Source: the human T2T-CHM13v2.0 reference genome, Homo sapiens
NCBI RefSeq assembly: GCF_009914755.1
Contig: NC_060940.1
Length of the DNA: 64,000 bases
Reading direction: 5' to 3' (one strand)
Shown here: positions 12,031-24,616 of the stretch, piece after piece
Numbering within the stretch: the stretch's first letter is position 1
Layout: the number at the start of each line of letters is the position of its first letter
Position numbers and translations under genes: made by a program
Notes under the pieces: model-generated
Database searches by the model: none
The model's input: the letters and a program-made list of their open reading frames with translations, nothing else
Told to the model about the DNA's origin: nothing

Positions 12031-15000
12031 AACTTCAATCCATGCGCTTATGTATTTATACCTTCACCAAGTATTTATTCAATTCTCTAGGAACAGAATT
12101 GTGCTGGATGCTAAGGTAACATGGTGAACAGGACACCACCCCCTCGTTCAAATGTTTTATAGTACAATAACAGAGACAATTAAACGGGAAAAGATAATAC
12201 AGTGAACTCTTAGCTGGGATGAGGGTAAGAATTAAGTATCAAGGGAACACAAAGAAATGAGGCAAATATTGGAGAAAGCTTTCTAGAACTGAAGTCTAAG
12301 CTGAGATATGAACAGTGAAAAGGGTATGAGGCCAAAATCTGACAGGAAATGCAAAGGCCAAGGGTGACGGAGATGGAGATGTTTTGAAGGAGGTGGCTGG
12401 TTTCAGGGTGGCTGGGTAGGAGGTCGGGATGGGGTGGAATCATGAGATTGGACTGGAGAGGTAAGCAGGGGTCAGTGTATATCTATTAAAACTTTTGTTT
12501 TATTTTGTTCGGATGCTGTTGCTTTGTTATTATTTTTGTTTGCATTTCTTTATTTTATTTATTTATTTTTGCAGAGGAGGTATATGAGCAAATAGAAATA
12601 TAATTTGATAAATTCTGTACTTGGGCAGAAGCTATTTGATAAATATACAAAAAAGTATTTTCAGGAGCCATGTAGATGATGGAATAAGAGAAATAAAAGT
12701 GATTGAGTGTCTACTGTATGCGAGATACTTAACCTGAATTGGCTCCTCTTAATTTCACACCTTCTCTGAGATTGAAATGTATTCCTAAGAATTCAGGTGG
12801 AAAGTCAGGGCCTGGCCAGCTGAGGCTGTTGGAAAAGGCCACACAGCTTGCAAAGTGCAGATCCTGGGTGAGGACCCAGATCTGTCTGATGGTGCCACCT
12901 TTCCGTGACTGCATGCTACCACTCCGCTTCTCTCCAAACTGGTCATTTCCAATTGGGTGGACTCGTGATTTCCAGGACTGACTTGAGGACACCCGAAATT
13001 ATACAATTATTCCAGGGGAGAAGTAAAGATGCCAAATTCCTCTCAAAGCAACTCAGTCTTAAGTAGTTTGAATTGGTAAAAAGGTCTTACATATAAAGTA
13101 TCTAGAATATATGATGTTTACAGTTCATCAAGCACTATGCTAAATGCTTCTGCTTCCTTATTAGGGAGGTGACATCATGGTCCCATTTTACAGAGGGAGA
13201 CAACCGAGACTTACATGAAGTAATATAGCCATGGGAGCTCACTAAGTGGTGGAGTCAGGATTTGAGCCCAGGTAGTCTAAGGAAGAGGCCCTCCTCTTAA
13301 CCACATGACCTCACAACATATACCTACAATGTTGCACCCTACAAGCCTCTGTTCCAACCAAAAGGAACTCTTGGGAGAGAAGTGGAGGCTGTAAAATTGA
13401 GCAATACCCGTAGGACCTCAGAAGAGATTAGGAACCAGTGAAGTCCTCAGTGCATACCCCACGTATCCTGGAAAACAGCTGGAGACAAGAACCTCAGAAC
13501 CACAGCAGAGCCAGGGGCTTACCTTCCCTTAGCTGCAGCTCCCTTGCTTGCCTTTCCTGAGGATGGAGCTTTCTTTCTGCTAAAACAATTTTCCTTTAAT
13601 CTTTTCTGCAGAAGAAAACCCAGAACAAGCTTTATGGGGTTCACTTTAGTTTTGCTGTGAATTTTCTGTGAGCCTGAGGAGCTCCGGTGTTTTGCCAACT
13701 GACAGATCTGCCTGTCCTCTTTTCCTTCTCCCCTTTCTTTTTTTTCTCTTTTCTCCCCCTGCGTACAATTTATGTAGAACATCTGGTTTTAAAAGTGTCG
13801 CAATTTTAAAACATATTATAATGCTCATGGGATCAGAGTATCAACAGCTGTCTATTGCGGTAAACCGCATGTCTGGAAACTGAGTTCTTGAATAAACATA
13901 AAGCATCTATAACACATGATGCTGAGCAACATGCATTTGTAAACTGAGTATTTAGACCAGATGAGGTGCAAAGGATGGCATTCTTGGTCAGGCTGTCAAA
14001 GTGGTAAGGGCATCTTCATTTTCTTAGCCCTGAATTTATCCGAAGATCCCGGAGCCTGTGAGCTAAGTCAGGCACCTGGGGGCCCTCTTTAAAATCTTTT
14101 TGACTTCTTGCCCCCCTGTTTCTGCCAGGGTCTGCTGCTTTTGACCTTACTTTCCTACCATTTAGTTATCACTAGCCTACAGTTTGTGGAAGTTCTTTTC
14201 CACCCCTGTAATCGAGATTTCCAGGAGAGTAAATGATACTTGACTTTAGTTAGAGCCACTCCTTTCTCTCTGGCTCCTGAAGTCTTCAAGAAAGAATTCT
14301 GTATCTACACATATCCATGTGTATTTGTAAGTGGATTTCCAATATTTATTGAGTGTTTATCTGTACCGGACACTGTTCTCAACCCTTTTCCTGCATTTAA
14401 TGACATTATTCTTCAAATAGCTCATGGTATAAGTACTATTATTATTCTCAGCTTACAAATGGGCAAACTGGAGTCCAGAGGACACACAGTGTTTTTAGAC
14501 CACATAGTTTGTACCATGGTAGTGGACTAATATACATTATAATTTAGGCTAGGAAACATTTCCCGAAGGAATGATTAGGGTTCTACTTGGGTCATTAAGA
14601 GAAGCATGGCACTACGTTTTTGATAAACCCAATCAAAAGATACGCTTCTATAAGGACAACTTACTTACAGGCTCAATGGTGCAGGTTTTTGGAAGAGCTC
14701 ACAACAAAGTTATGTACTTTTTTCATTGAGTTATTTCGATGGTGCTAAAAGCTCCACATCCATGTCATTTGGGAGTAGGGTTGGTCCATGAATAGCTGAG
14801 AAGAAACACAGTATAAGTTATCTAGATATAAATATGGATACTTAACTTCTCTCGCTGCCCTCTTTAATGGCCTATCAATAAAATGGGGCAAAAGACAGAG
14901 GGTAAAATATTATTTCTTTTTTGTCTTTAAAATGAATTTCATAGATATCTACTGCAGTTAATCTAAAAAAATGTGTGTGGGTGGGGCTATGATTCAAAAT

Positions 15001-17435
15001 GCTTTATGTTCTGCACTTGGTTAAGCTTTATTTAGAGTATATATTTTGTATTCCATCTCTTCATAGTGCAAATGGCTCCTGAAGAAGGAAAAGAGATGTG
15101 AACAGTTATTAAATACACCTTCTTAGTCCTATTTATCATTAATTCCAAAGGTCATGGGTAGAGCCCCCCACTGCAACTGGATCAGTGTCTGTAACAGTTT
15201 CTGGGCTACCCTTCAGCATTTGATTTCCTTAACCTAAAGTTTTGTGTTATGGCCTCAATAAATACATAGATCTGATTTGTACAATGTTTTCCCCTATGGG
15301 GTACAAGGGAACTTGCGAATAAATGGCTCAGAATACTCAAACTGGACTTACACAGCTTTACTTATGGAAACATAGCATCTATTTTGAGCTTATATTTTCA
15401 CCTTGATGTTAATTCTGCAGCGGAAAGGCTCTCACCTACCTCCCCAGTGTAAAGTCAAAATCTACATTTAAATGGAGACATCGCACGCAGTACAGTCCAG
15501 GAAAGCTAGTAAACATAAACCCTGCTGCGATTTAACTGGAAATAAGATCTGATAAGTTAAAAGAAAGAAAGAAAAAAAACAACAAGGGAAAGAAATGGCA
15601 CATAAAGGAGTCGATGAATTTGTGTTGGAAAAGGTGGAAAATCAAACTAAACAAAAACGAAAACATTGACTTGGAAAGATTCCAATGAGACAACATTTTC
15701 TACCATATTTAACTGTAATAAGGCCGTGTTCAAGGTACAAATACGATGGGCTTATCTTTGTAAAAAAACAACAACAGAAAGAGAACAAGGGCAGATATTA
15801 GGGTGCTTTTTATACTGATATTTCCAAACCTCATAAAATATTAGTAGCTGCATCAGCTATAAAAATTAATGGCTCCAGAGTCTTTTGTGTAACCCTCTTC
15901 AATTTCATTTTATCACCATTCTTTTCTATTTTTTTTTCTCTCTCAGGTTTTGTCTTTCTATCTTCTCAAGTTGTTTGGGGTTCCAGTGTTTATGAGCTTT
16001 ATAAGCTTGATAAGGCTTGTAGAGTAGGATTTCTAACAAAAAGCATTGATCAAAAGCTCGCCTGATTCCTTTACATTGAAGTTTCTATGGTACAGTTAGA
16101 TTGTGATAACATTGTCAAAAAGAAAAGAAAAAAAAATTCCGGTCTTCATTACTGAGTTTGTTGCCAACTCATTTTTTCTTTCTTTTGTTCTTTTTTTCTC
16201 TTTTTTAATAGCAGGAACTAAAACTTCCAATTTCCTCAGGCCTAACCTGACCTTTTAAAATGTTTTCAGGCCACTGTGAACACGAAACTCAATTCTGAAT
16301 TTGCATTTACATAATATAATTTTTACCATCAATTAATTGATCACATTTAAATTTAAAAGTATCCAGTGAGTAATAACTACCCCCTGGGGGATGTAAAAGT
16401 TAATTTCCAAACACAAAGGCCACTTTGACTTTCAAAAAGCTGAGTTGAGTTTTCCATTTAAGTCAAAACCAATAACAAAAAAAGGGAAAAAAATAGTTTG
16501 TGTTTCTTTGTTTTGTTTTGTCTTGTTTGACCATCCCCAATGGCTCCAGAGAATCATATGGGTTTATAAATGAAGGAAAACTTAAAGTTGTGAGGCTGGG
16601 AAGGCAAGGTACCTCTCTGAGTGCACTACAGAGAGCTAGCTCTGGAAGCTTCTACTTTTCCTTAATGAGTTCTTCACGAGTGGTAATGTAAAAGGCCATT
16701 CCTGTCTTGGGTATAGAATAGCCTGTTAACCTACATTCATAAAACAACTGGCCAGGAGACCTAGAAGACCCAGCATCTGGATATTAAAATTACGCCGTCG
16801 AATCATACAGTGAGTCTAATACTGAATGTACAATAGGTGTTCAGTAAATAATTAGGGTGGCACGATGAACCAGAAAAGACACAGTTCTTGGAATAAGAAG
16901 ACTTGCTTCAAGGGCTCTCTTCTACCATGAATTAGCTGGGTGGCCTTAGGCAAGTCACTTAACTTCTCCCTAGATGAGAATGCCTATCTTCAGAGATTGT
17001 TGCCACAAGGCAATTCTGTTATAGATATAGAAGTGTTTTGTGAAGACGGGAGCAAATGGAGTAACAAAGACTGGGATAAATACAGGTGCATTAGAGAAAT
17101 ACTTCCTGGTCTTTGCTTGTTGGCTTTGTTTCTGACATGAGTATATCAAGTAGACAAATGTCACCACTTGTACTCAACATCGTGAAGTCAGCCTTATAGG
17201 CATTCAGTCGACTATTTTCATTTTCAAGGTAGGTAAATAATAAATACTAGTTCAGTTACTAATTTGCAGATAGTGTAAACTGGTATTTTCCTTGACCAAA
17301 GTAACTAAGCTATTAAACAATGAATTAATTTGGGATCTGTGATAGGTGTTGGCCTGGGATTTGAACATACCCTGCACTATCATTATACGGGTATATATCT
17401 GTCTTTCTAACAAAACCATGAACTTCGCAAGGGCA

Positions 17436-17444
17436 GAGACCATG

Positions 17445-17448
<4 letters not shown>
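17436..17448. repeat. Left TSD of the SVA_F1 insertion (GAGACCATGTCTT)
   Basis: Identical to 21672-21684 and adjacent to the poly(T). Confidence 0.93.
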
Positions 17449-17864
<416 letters not shown>

Positions 17865-17875
17865 TGGGAAAGTCC

Positions 17876-18420
17876 ATTCTTTTTTTTCTTTTTTTTTTTT
17901 TTTTTAAATTTATTTTTTTATTGATAATTCTTGGGTGTTTCTCACAGAGGGGGATTTGGCAGGGTCATGGGACAATAGTGGAGGGAAGGTCAGCAGATAA
18001 ACAAGTGAACAAAGGTCTCTGGTTTTCCTAGGCAGAGGACCCCGCGGCCTTCCGCAGTGTTTGTGTCCCTGATTACTTGAGATTAGGGATTGGTGATGAC
18101 TCTTAACGAGCATGCTGCCTTCAAGCATCTGTTTAACAAAGCACATCTTGCACTGCCCTTAATCCATTTAACCCTGAGTGGACACAGCACATGTTTCAGA
18201 GAGCACAGGGTTGGGGGTAAGGTCACAGATCAACAGGATCCCAAGGCAGAGGAATTTTTCTTAGTGCAGAACAAAATGAAAAGTCTCCCATGTCTACTTC
18301 TTTCTACACAGACACGGCAACCATCCGATTTCTCAATCTTTTCCCCACCTTTCCCGCCTTTCTATTCCACAAAGCCGCCATTGTCATCCTGGCCCGTTCT
18401 CAATGAGCTGTTGGGCACAC
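17876..18420 (-). mobile_element. SVA SINE-R domain (HERV-K env/LTR-derived) plus the SVA's internal poly(A)
   Basis: Typical SINE-R sequence (ttcttgggtgtttctc...acaaagcacatcttgcac...); two AATAAA signals (17909-17914, 17917-17922) and a T-tract at ~17877-17905. Confidence 0.92.
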
Positions 18421-21140
18421 CTCCCAGACGGGGTGGTGGCCGGGCAGAGGGGCTCCTCACTTCCCAGTAGGGGCGGCCGGGCAGAGGCGCCCCTCACCTC
18501 CCGGACGGGGCGGCTGGCCGGGCAGGGGGGCTGACCCCCCCCACCTCCCTCCCGGACGGGGCGGCTGGCCGGGCGGGGGGCTGACCCCCCAACCTCCCTC
18601 CCGGACGGGGCGGCTGGCCGGGCGGGGGGCTGACCCCCCCACCTCCCTCCCGGACGGGGCGGCTGGCCGGGCAGAGGGGCTCCTCACTTCCCAGTAGGGG
18701 CGGCCAGGCAGAGGCGCCCCTCACCTCCCGGACGGGGCGGCTGGCCGGGCAGGGGGGCCGACCCCCCCCCACCTCCCTCCCGGACGGGGCGGCTGGCCGG
18801 GCGGGGGGCCGACCCCCCCACCTCCCTCCCGGACGGGGCGGCTGGCCGGGCGGGGGGCCGACCCCCCCACCTCCCTCCCGGACGGGGCGGCTGGCCGGGC
18901 GGGGGGCCGACCCCCCCACCTCCCTCCCGGACGGGGCGGCTGGCCGGGCAGAGGGGCTCCTCACTTCCCAGTAGGGGCGGCCGGGCAGAGGCGCCCCTCA
19001 CCTCCCAGACGGGGCGGCTGGCCGGGCGGAGGGCTGAGCCCCCCATCTCCCTCCCGGACGGGGTGGCTGGCCGGGCTGAGGGGCTCCTCACTTCCCAGTA
19101 GGGGCGGCCGGGCAGAGGCGCCCCTCACCTCCCGGATGGCACGGCTGGCCGGGCGGGGGGGCTGACCCCCCACCTCCCTCCCGGACAGGGCGGCTGGCTG
19201 GGCGGGGGGGCTGACCCCCCCCACCTCCCTCCCGGACGGGGCGGCTGGCCGGGCGGGGGGCTGACCCCCCCACCTCCCTCTCGGACGGGGCGGCTGGCCG
19301 GGCAGAGGGGCTCCTCACTTCCCAGTAGGGGCGGCCGGGCAGAGGCGCCCCTCACCTCCCGGACGGGGCGGCTGGCCGGGCAGGGGGGCCGACCCCCCCC
19401 CCACCTCCCTCCCGGACGGGGCGGCTGGCCGGGCGGGGGGCCGACCCCCCCACCTCCCTCCCGGACGGGGCGGCTGGCCGGGCAGAGGGGCTCCTCACTT
19501 CCCAGTAGGGGCGGCCGGGCAGAGGCGCCCCTCACCTCCCAGACGGGGCGGCTGGCCGGGCGGAGGGCTGACCCCCCCACCTCCCTCCCGGACAGGGCGG
19601 CTGGCCGGGCGGGGGGCTGACCCCCCTACCTCCCTCCCGGACGGGGCGGCTGGCCGGGTGGGGGGACTGACCCCCCCATCTCCCTCCCGGACGGGGTGGC
19701 TGGCCGGGCTGAGGGGCTCCTCACTTCCCAGTAGGGGCGGCCGGGCAGAGGCGCCCCTCACCGCCCGGACGGGGCGGCTGGCCGGGCGGGGGGCCGACCC
19801 CCTCACCTCCCTCCCGGACGGGGCGGCTGGCCGGGCAGAGGGGCTCCTCACTTCCCAGTAGGGGCGGCCGGGCAGAGGCGCCCCTCACCTCCCGGACGGG
19901 GCGGCTGGCCGGGCAGGGGGGCAGACCCCCCCCCCACCTCCCTCCCGGACGGGGCGGCTGGCCGGGCGGGGGGCCGACCCCCCCACCTCCCTCCCGGACG
20001 GGGCGGCTGGCCGGGCAGAGGGGCTCCTCACTTCCCAGTAGGGGCGGCCGGGCAGAGGCGCCCCTCACCTCCCGGACGGGGCGGCTGGCCGGGCAGGGGG
20101 GCAGACCCCCCCCCACCTCCCTCCCGGACGGGGCGGCTGGCCGGGCGGGGGGCCGACCCCCCCACCTCCCTCCCGGACGGGGCGGCTGGCCGGGCGGGGG
20201 GCCGACCCCCCCACCTCCCTCCCGGACGGGGCGGCTGGCCGGGCGGGGGGCCAACCCCCCCACCTCCCTCCCGGACGGGGCGGCTGGCCGGGCGGGGGGC
20301 CGACCCCCCCACCTCCCTCCCGGACGGGGCGGCTGGCCGGGCAGAGGGGCTCCTCACTTCCCAGTAGGGGCGGCCGGGCAGAGGCGCCCCTCACCTCCCG
20401 GACAGGGCGGCTGGCTGGGCGGGGGGGCTGACCCCCCCCCACCTCCCTCCCGGACGGGGCGGCTGGCCGGGCGGGGGGCTGACCCCCCCACCTCCCTCCC
20501 GGACGGGGTGGCTGGCCGGGCGGGGGGGCTGACCCCCCACCTCCCTCCCGGATGGGGCGGCTGGCCGGGCGGGGGGCTGACCCCCCACCTCCCTCCCGGA
20601 TGGGGCGGCTGGCCGGGCGGGGGGCTGACCCCCCCCACCTCCCTCCCGGACGGGGTGGCTGCCGGGCGGAGACGCTCCTCACTTCCCAGATGGGGTGGCT
20701 GCCGGGCGGAGAGGCTCCTTACTTCTCAGACGGGGCAGCTGCCGGGCGGAGGGGCTCCTCACTTCTCAGACGGGGTGGTTGCCAGGCAGAGGGTCTCCTC
20801 ACTTCTCAGACGGGGCGGCCGGGCAGAGACGCTCCTCACCTCCCAGACGGGGTCTCGGCCGGGCAGAGGCGCTCCTCACATCCCAGATGGGGCGGCGGGG
20901 CAGAGGCGCTCCCCACATCTCAGACGATGGGCGGCCGGGCAGAGACGCTCCTCACTTCCTAGATGTGATGGCGGCTGGGAAGAGGCGCTCCTCACTTCCT
21001 AGATGGGATGGCGGCCGGGCGGAGACGCTCCTCACTTTCCAGACTGGGCAGCCAGGCAGAGGGGCTCCTCACATCCCAGACGATGGGCGGCCAGGCAGAG
21101 ACACTCCTCACTTCCCAGACGGGGTGGCAGCCGGGCAGAG
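18421..21140 (-). repeat. SVA VNTR (GC-rich tandem units of ~35-50 bp, ~2.7 kb)
   Basis: Repeated units such as cctccctcccggacggggcggctggccgggcgggggg and gggctcctcacttcccagtaggggcggccgggcagaggcgcccctcac. Confidence 0.95.
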
Positions 21141-21355
21141 GCTGCAATCTCGGCACTTTGGGAGGCCAAGGCAGGCGGCTGCTCCTTGCCCTCGGGCCCC
21201 GCGGGGCCCGTCCGCTCCTCCAGCCGCTGCCTCCCGGGCGGCGCTCGCCGGCGCGGCGGCAAAGACTGAGACAGCTCCGCTGCCCGCTGAACTCCATCCT
21301 CCCGGCGGTCGGGCGGCGGCGGCTGCGGTCGGTCGCGGCAGCGGCTCCGCTTCAT
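21032..21355 (-). CDS. Potential chimeric ORF: 59 aa of MAST2 N-terminus fused in frame to 48 aa of SVA-derived sequence; translation unproven
   Basis: 107-aa ORF in the track; the codon boundary falls exactly on the splice junction at 21179/21178. Confidence 0.3.
   Translation of the reverse strand: MKRSRCRDRPQPPPPDRREDGVQRAAELSQSLPPRRRAPPGRQRLEERTGPAGPEGKEQPPALASQSAEIAASARLPPRLGSEECLCLAAHRLGCEEPLCLAAQSGK
21141..21178 (-). mobile_element. Residual SVA Alu-like domain, starting at the SVA internal splice acceptor
   Basis: The minus strand reads ...GGAGCAG|CCGCCTGCCTTGGCCTCCCAAAGTGCCGAGATTGCAGC, where a canonical SVA has ctcccag|ccgcctgcc. Confidence 0.85.
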
Positions 21356-21543
21356 ATCTGCAGCTGGGGCCCGCGGGCGTCAGCGCCGCGACTGTCCTGG
21401 CTCCGCACTGCCCCGGGCCGCAGCGCAGCCGCGCCAACCACCAGCCGCGGCCACCATGGCGGGACGGGCTCCCTAAGCCACCGACCCCAGCCCGCGGCGC
21501 CTTCGACCCTTCTGGGGCCTCCGGCGCCGCGACCTCCTCTGCC
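21179..21543 (-). pseudogene. MAST2: Retrotransposed fragment of MAST2 exon 1 (5'UTR plus first 59 codons), CpG-island-like
   Basis: 21355->21179 translates as MKRSRCRDRPQPPPPDRREDGVQRAAELSQSLPPRRRAPPGRQRLEERTGPAGPEGKEQ, which I recognise as the human MAST2 N-terminus; very CpG-dense. Confidence 0.92.
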
Positions 21544-21548
21544 TGAAA

Positions 21549-21671
21549 TTTCTTTTTTCTTTTCCTTTTATTTTATTTTATTTTTTGAGACGGAGTCTTG
21601 CTCTGTTGTCTGGGTGGAGTGCAGTGGTGCAATCTCGGCTCACTGCAACCTCTGCCTCCCAGGTTGAAGCC
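21549..21671 (-). mobile_element. 5'-transduced partial Alu (3' part of the right monomer plus A-rich tail)
   Basis: ttttgagacggagtcttgctctgttg...cactgcaacctctgcctcccaggttgaagc lies inside the TSD. Confidence 0.88.
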
Positions 21672-21684
21672 GAGACCATGTCTT
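21672..21684. repeat. Right TSD of the SVA_F1 insertion (GAGACCATGTCTT)
   Basis: Identical to 17436-17448; followed by AT, giving an L1-endonuclease-like TCTT/AT nick site. Confidence 0.93.
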
Positions 21685-21783
21685 ATTCATCACTGAATAG
21701 TCTCCTCCTCTTCTTCCACACAAGCACCTAGCATCGGGTCTGGCTATAGTTGGTGCTCAATAAATATTTGGTGAATGAATGGA
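21685..21783 (+). mobile_element. L2 3' end interrupted by the SVA (its other part lies at ~17405-17448)
   Basis: The reconstructed empty site reads gggcagagaccatgtcttattcatc...gcacctagca...gtgctcaataaatatttggtgaatgaatgg, typical of an L2 terminus. Confidence 0.7.
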
Positions 21784-24616
21784 CAAACGGTGAGAGAAAC
21801 ATAAAACCAATGAGGTGGAATTTAATTCCACAGCCTGCAAATCAAAATCAGGCTGCAAATGGAGGTCATTTTCACAGGGATATATCTCAGGGTCACGTGT
21901 AGTTAATCAGAACACAGCAATTTTTTTTTCATAAACACAAGACAGATTATATATTTTTTCACATGTCCCCTAAATAGCATCCTCTTCTACTAATTTCAAA
22001 ACCAAATGGGATGCTTGAAACACCAAATCAAATGCTGATGTGGGTTGGCGTGTGGATAATTCACAAAGGCTGAATCTTCACACCCATGACTAAATAAGGC
22101 ATGGCCAAAAAATTTAGTGGAAATGATGGGGTCTACTTGTGGCTATAAAATTGCCCCAAATTTTCCAGTAAATTGCTCTAGCCAGGGTGCCTTGAACCGG
22201 ACAGCCCCAAACACAATTGTTCTCCTCTTCAACTCAACTTGAGACTATCATTTAGGTAGCAGAATATGGAGCAAAATGTGCATTAAAAGTTATTTTGCTT
22301 TTTCAGAACCCAATCAATTTAATCCAAGCAGAGTCTAGCGTAGAACTCTGTGTAACTGTAACTTCCCTATAAGTCTTTGGTCCTCGGTCAAATGCATTAT
22401 CTTCATGCAGCTAGTAGTTTACTGAGTTGACACAGCCTGTGAGATTGCCCCTTTTGGAAGGCTACGAGAAGTTCAGTCCAGTGTCTAAGCAAGAACCGGA
22501 CCCAGGCTGCGTGAGTGGAAATCTGAGCTCTACCACCTACTTACTAGCTGTGCGACCTTGAGCAAGAGAGTTAGCATCCCTGTGCATCAGTATTGCACCT
22601 ATAAAATGGCAATAATATTAATAGCACCTGTCTCAAAGGAGCGCTTTCAGGATTATACGAGCTGATGTAGAAGAGGTGCCTATAATATTCCCTAGCACAT
22701 AATAAATGCTATATAAAGGTTTGCTCTTATGTATTAAGGCTACACTGACTGCTATATTATAAGAATATAAGTTACTTTTAAATCTGAAATTGAGACCTAA
22801 ATACTGTTGTATATCTTCTGCAAAGCTGCTTCACAAAATAACAAATACTGCCATTCCCCAGGAGGGTATGGTGGTGTTTCTGAAGGCATATGAAACCACA
22901 GGATGAAACTAATTAACTAATTAACTAACTAGCTAACCAACTAACAACTCTTTGTGCATCTCCTTGGAGTTAAAATTTTGTTTGACGTCTTGAAGGAAAA
23001 TAAAGGAAAAAAAGACTCGGTTTTATATTAAAACAAAAGTTGATATATTTTGGAATGTGGTGCAAGTTCTATGACTTTTCAAGTTAACAGGAGCCTTTAA
23101 AGAAAGTTCACATTTGCGTTTCTGCTTCAGGCTCATCTATCCCCTGTCCCCCATACAGCGGCCCAAAAGATGTGGGAGTGGGACCAGAGGTCCCAGAACA
23201 GAGCTGTGTTGTGCCCTTAGCTCACTGCAGGAAACTGGTGAAGATTCCTTGGGTTAATCCTTCCCAAACTATATAAAAAATAGTTTTTTAAAAAAAAATT
23301 TCATATGCATTTTAGACTAATAATAATTTTATAAAACACAACCAAAATAATTAGAAGAAATGAAACATACAAGACATGCAAAATACAAGCCCCATTTAAA
23401 AACTATTAGATTAGGTAGATATAAAATTACTGTGCCAAATTACGAATAAATTTCCTAAATATGCACTATCCATCTCTGTATTTATCTGGGTGTGAACTGG
23501 TAAGGGACTCTGATAGCCACACCACACCTGAGTAGCTATTCCATGTGACTTGTGGGTGGAATCCTGAGAAATGGGACCCTGGGTGGCTACATAAATCAGG
23601 TGTCTCACTAATATTCACCCTTATGCAAAACATAGACCCATGTTGGTGCCTAGTGATGAGCTTCCTTGACTTCCGGTTGGTGGATTATTGGACCTGAGAG
23701 ATGTAGCTTGCTAACATACCCCTGTTGAAGGTGAGAAGTCATCTACAAATGAACACAGAAGTGAGGTGGTTAATTTCCTGATGTGGGGAGATCACTCCAG
23801 TACGGTAGATTTCAACCTCTTTTGGACATCCCAAATTTGAGAGTCCCTTGGCAGCCGAAGCCCTTTCCACTAGCAAAGTCCAGAGACCTAGGCACACACA
23901 CACAAGCATATTAGCAAGGAATTGAGCAACCATCTGAAACCCATTCCAGTGTCCCCATGCACAGTTCCCCAGCTTGAGGATTGCTGTGGACAGTGAACTA
24001 AACTGGGCATTACAAACAGCCTCACCAGGAGGTACTTCCACCATCTCTTGATACTTTTATCTCCATAATTAATCAGTCCTGATTTTTCTTGTCTCTAACA
24101 TTCTTCCGGGGCAGCCTGATGCTTACTCCTGCCTCCACAGCTCCAGAGTGAAAGGGTTTCTGTCTTCAGGGACTGCCATAGCACCATATGATTAGCTTAG
24201 TCTGTCTTCTCATAGATTCTGAAACCAAACTGGGCCTGCCCAGTACAACCTCTTCATGGTGGCACAGCCCTGAAAGACAAGCAGACGGGTGGGTCCCGGC
24301 CCCCCTGTTATGAGGTAGCGTCTCCTGGAGCTGACACCCCCACGCAAATTCAAGAGAAATGTAATGATGGGCTACAGGTGGAGCTCAGGTGAGAGATAAT
24401 GTTACTGAGAATAGGGCTAAAAGCTACAATTTCCAAATGCTTGGAGGTAATTTGAATACCAAGAACCATCTCAGAAACAAAGTGGTTTTTAAACCTTATC
24501 CACATGGTCAGGATGTTGTGACTCAGAATGCTGAGCTGAACAGGAGATAACACAGCAGACACTGTCAGTCACCTAGCTAACACGTGCTGTCCTGTCTTTC
24601 CTATTGGCACCCAGGG

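Noticed and set aside
11421-12119. 232-aa His/Pro/Ser-rich ORF
   Set aside because: Translation of the (TCCA)n simple repeat.
18457-21002. Many Gly/Pro/Arg-rich ORFs on both strands
   Set aside because: They are translations of the GC-rich SVA VNTR, which has few stop codons; not genes.
18421-21140. Repeat array resembling a CRISPR locus
   Set aside because: The units are tandem with no unique spacers, there are no cas genes, and the context is a human SVA.
21450-21476. Perfect Kozak GCCACCATGG on the plus strand
   Set aside because: It opens only a 6-codon ORF and is antisense to the MAST2 5'UTR; probably chance in GC-rich DNA.
21179-21543. The genuine MAST2 gene locus
   Set aside because: The exon is joined directly to SVA sequence with no GT donor or intron, lies inside a TSD, and no other MAST2 exons are evident.
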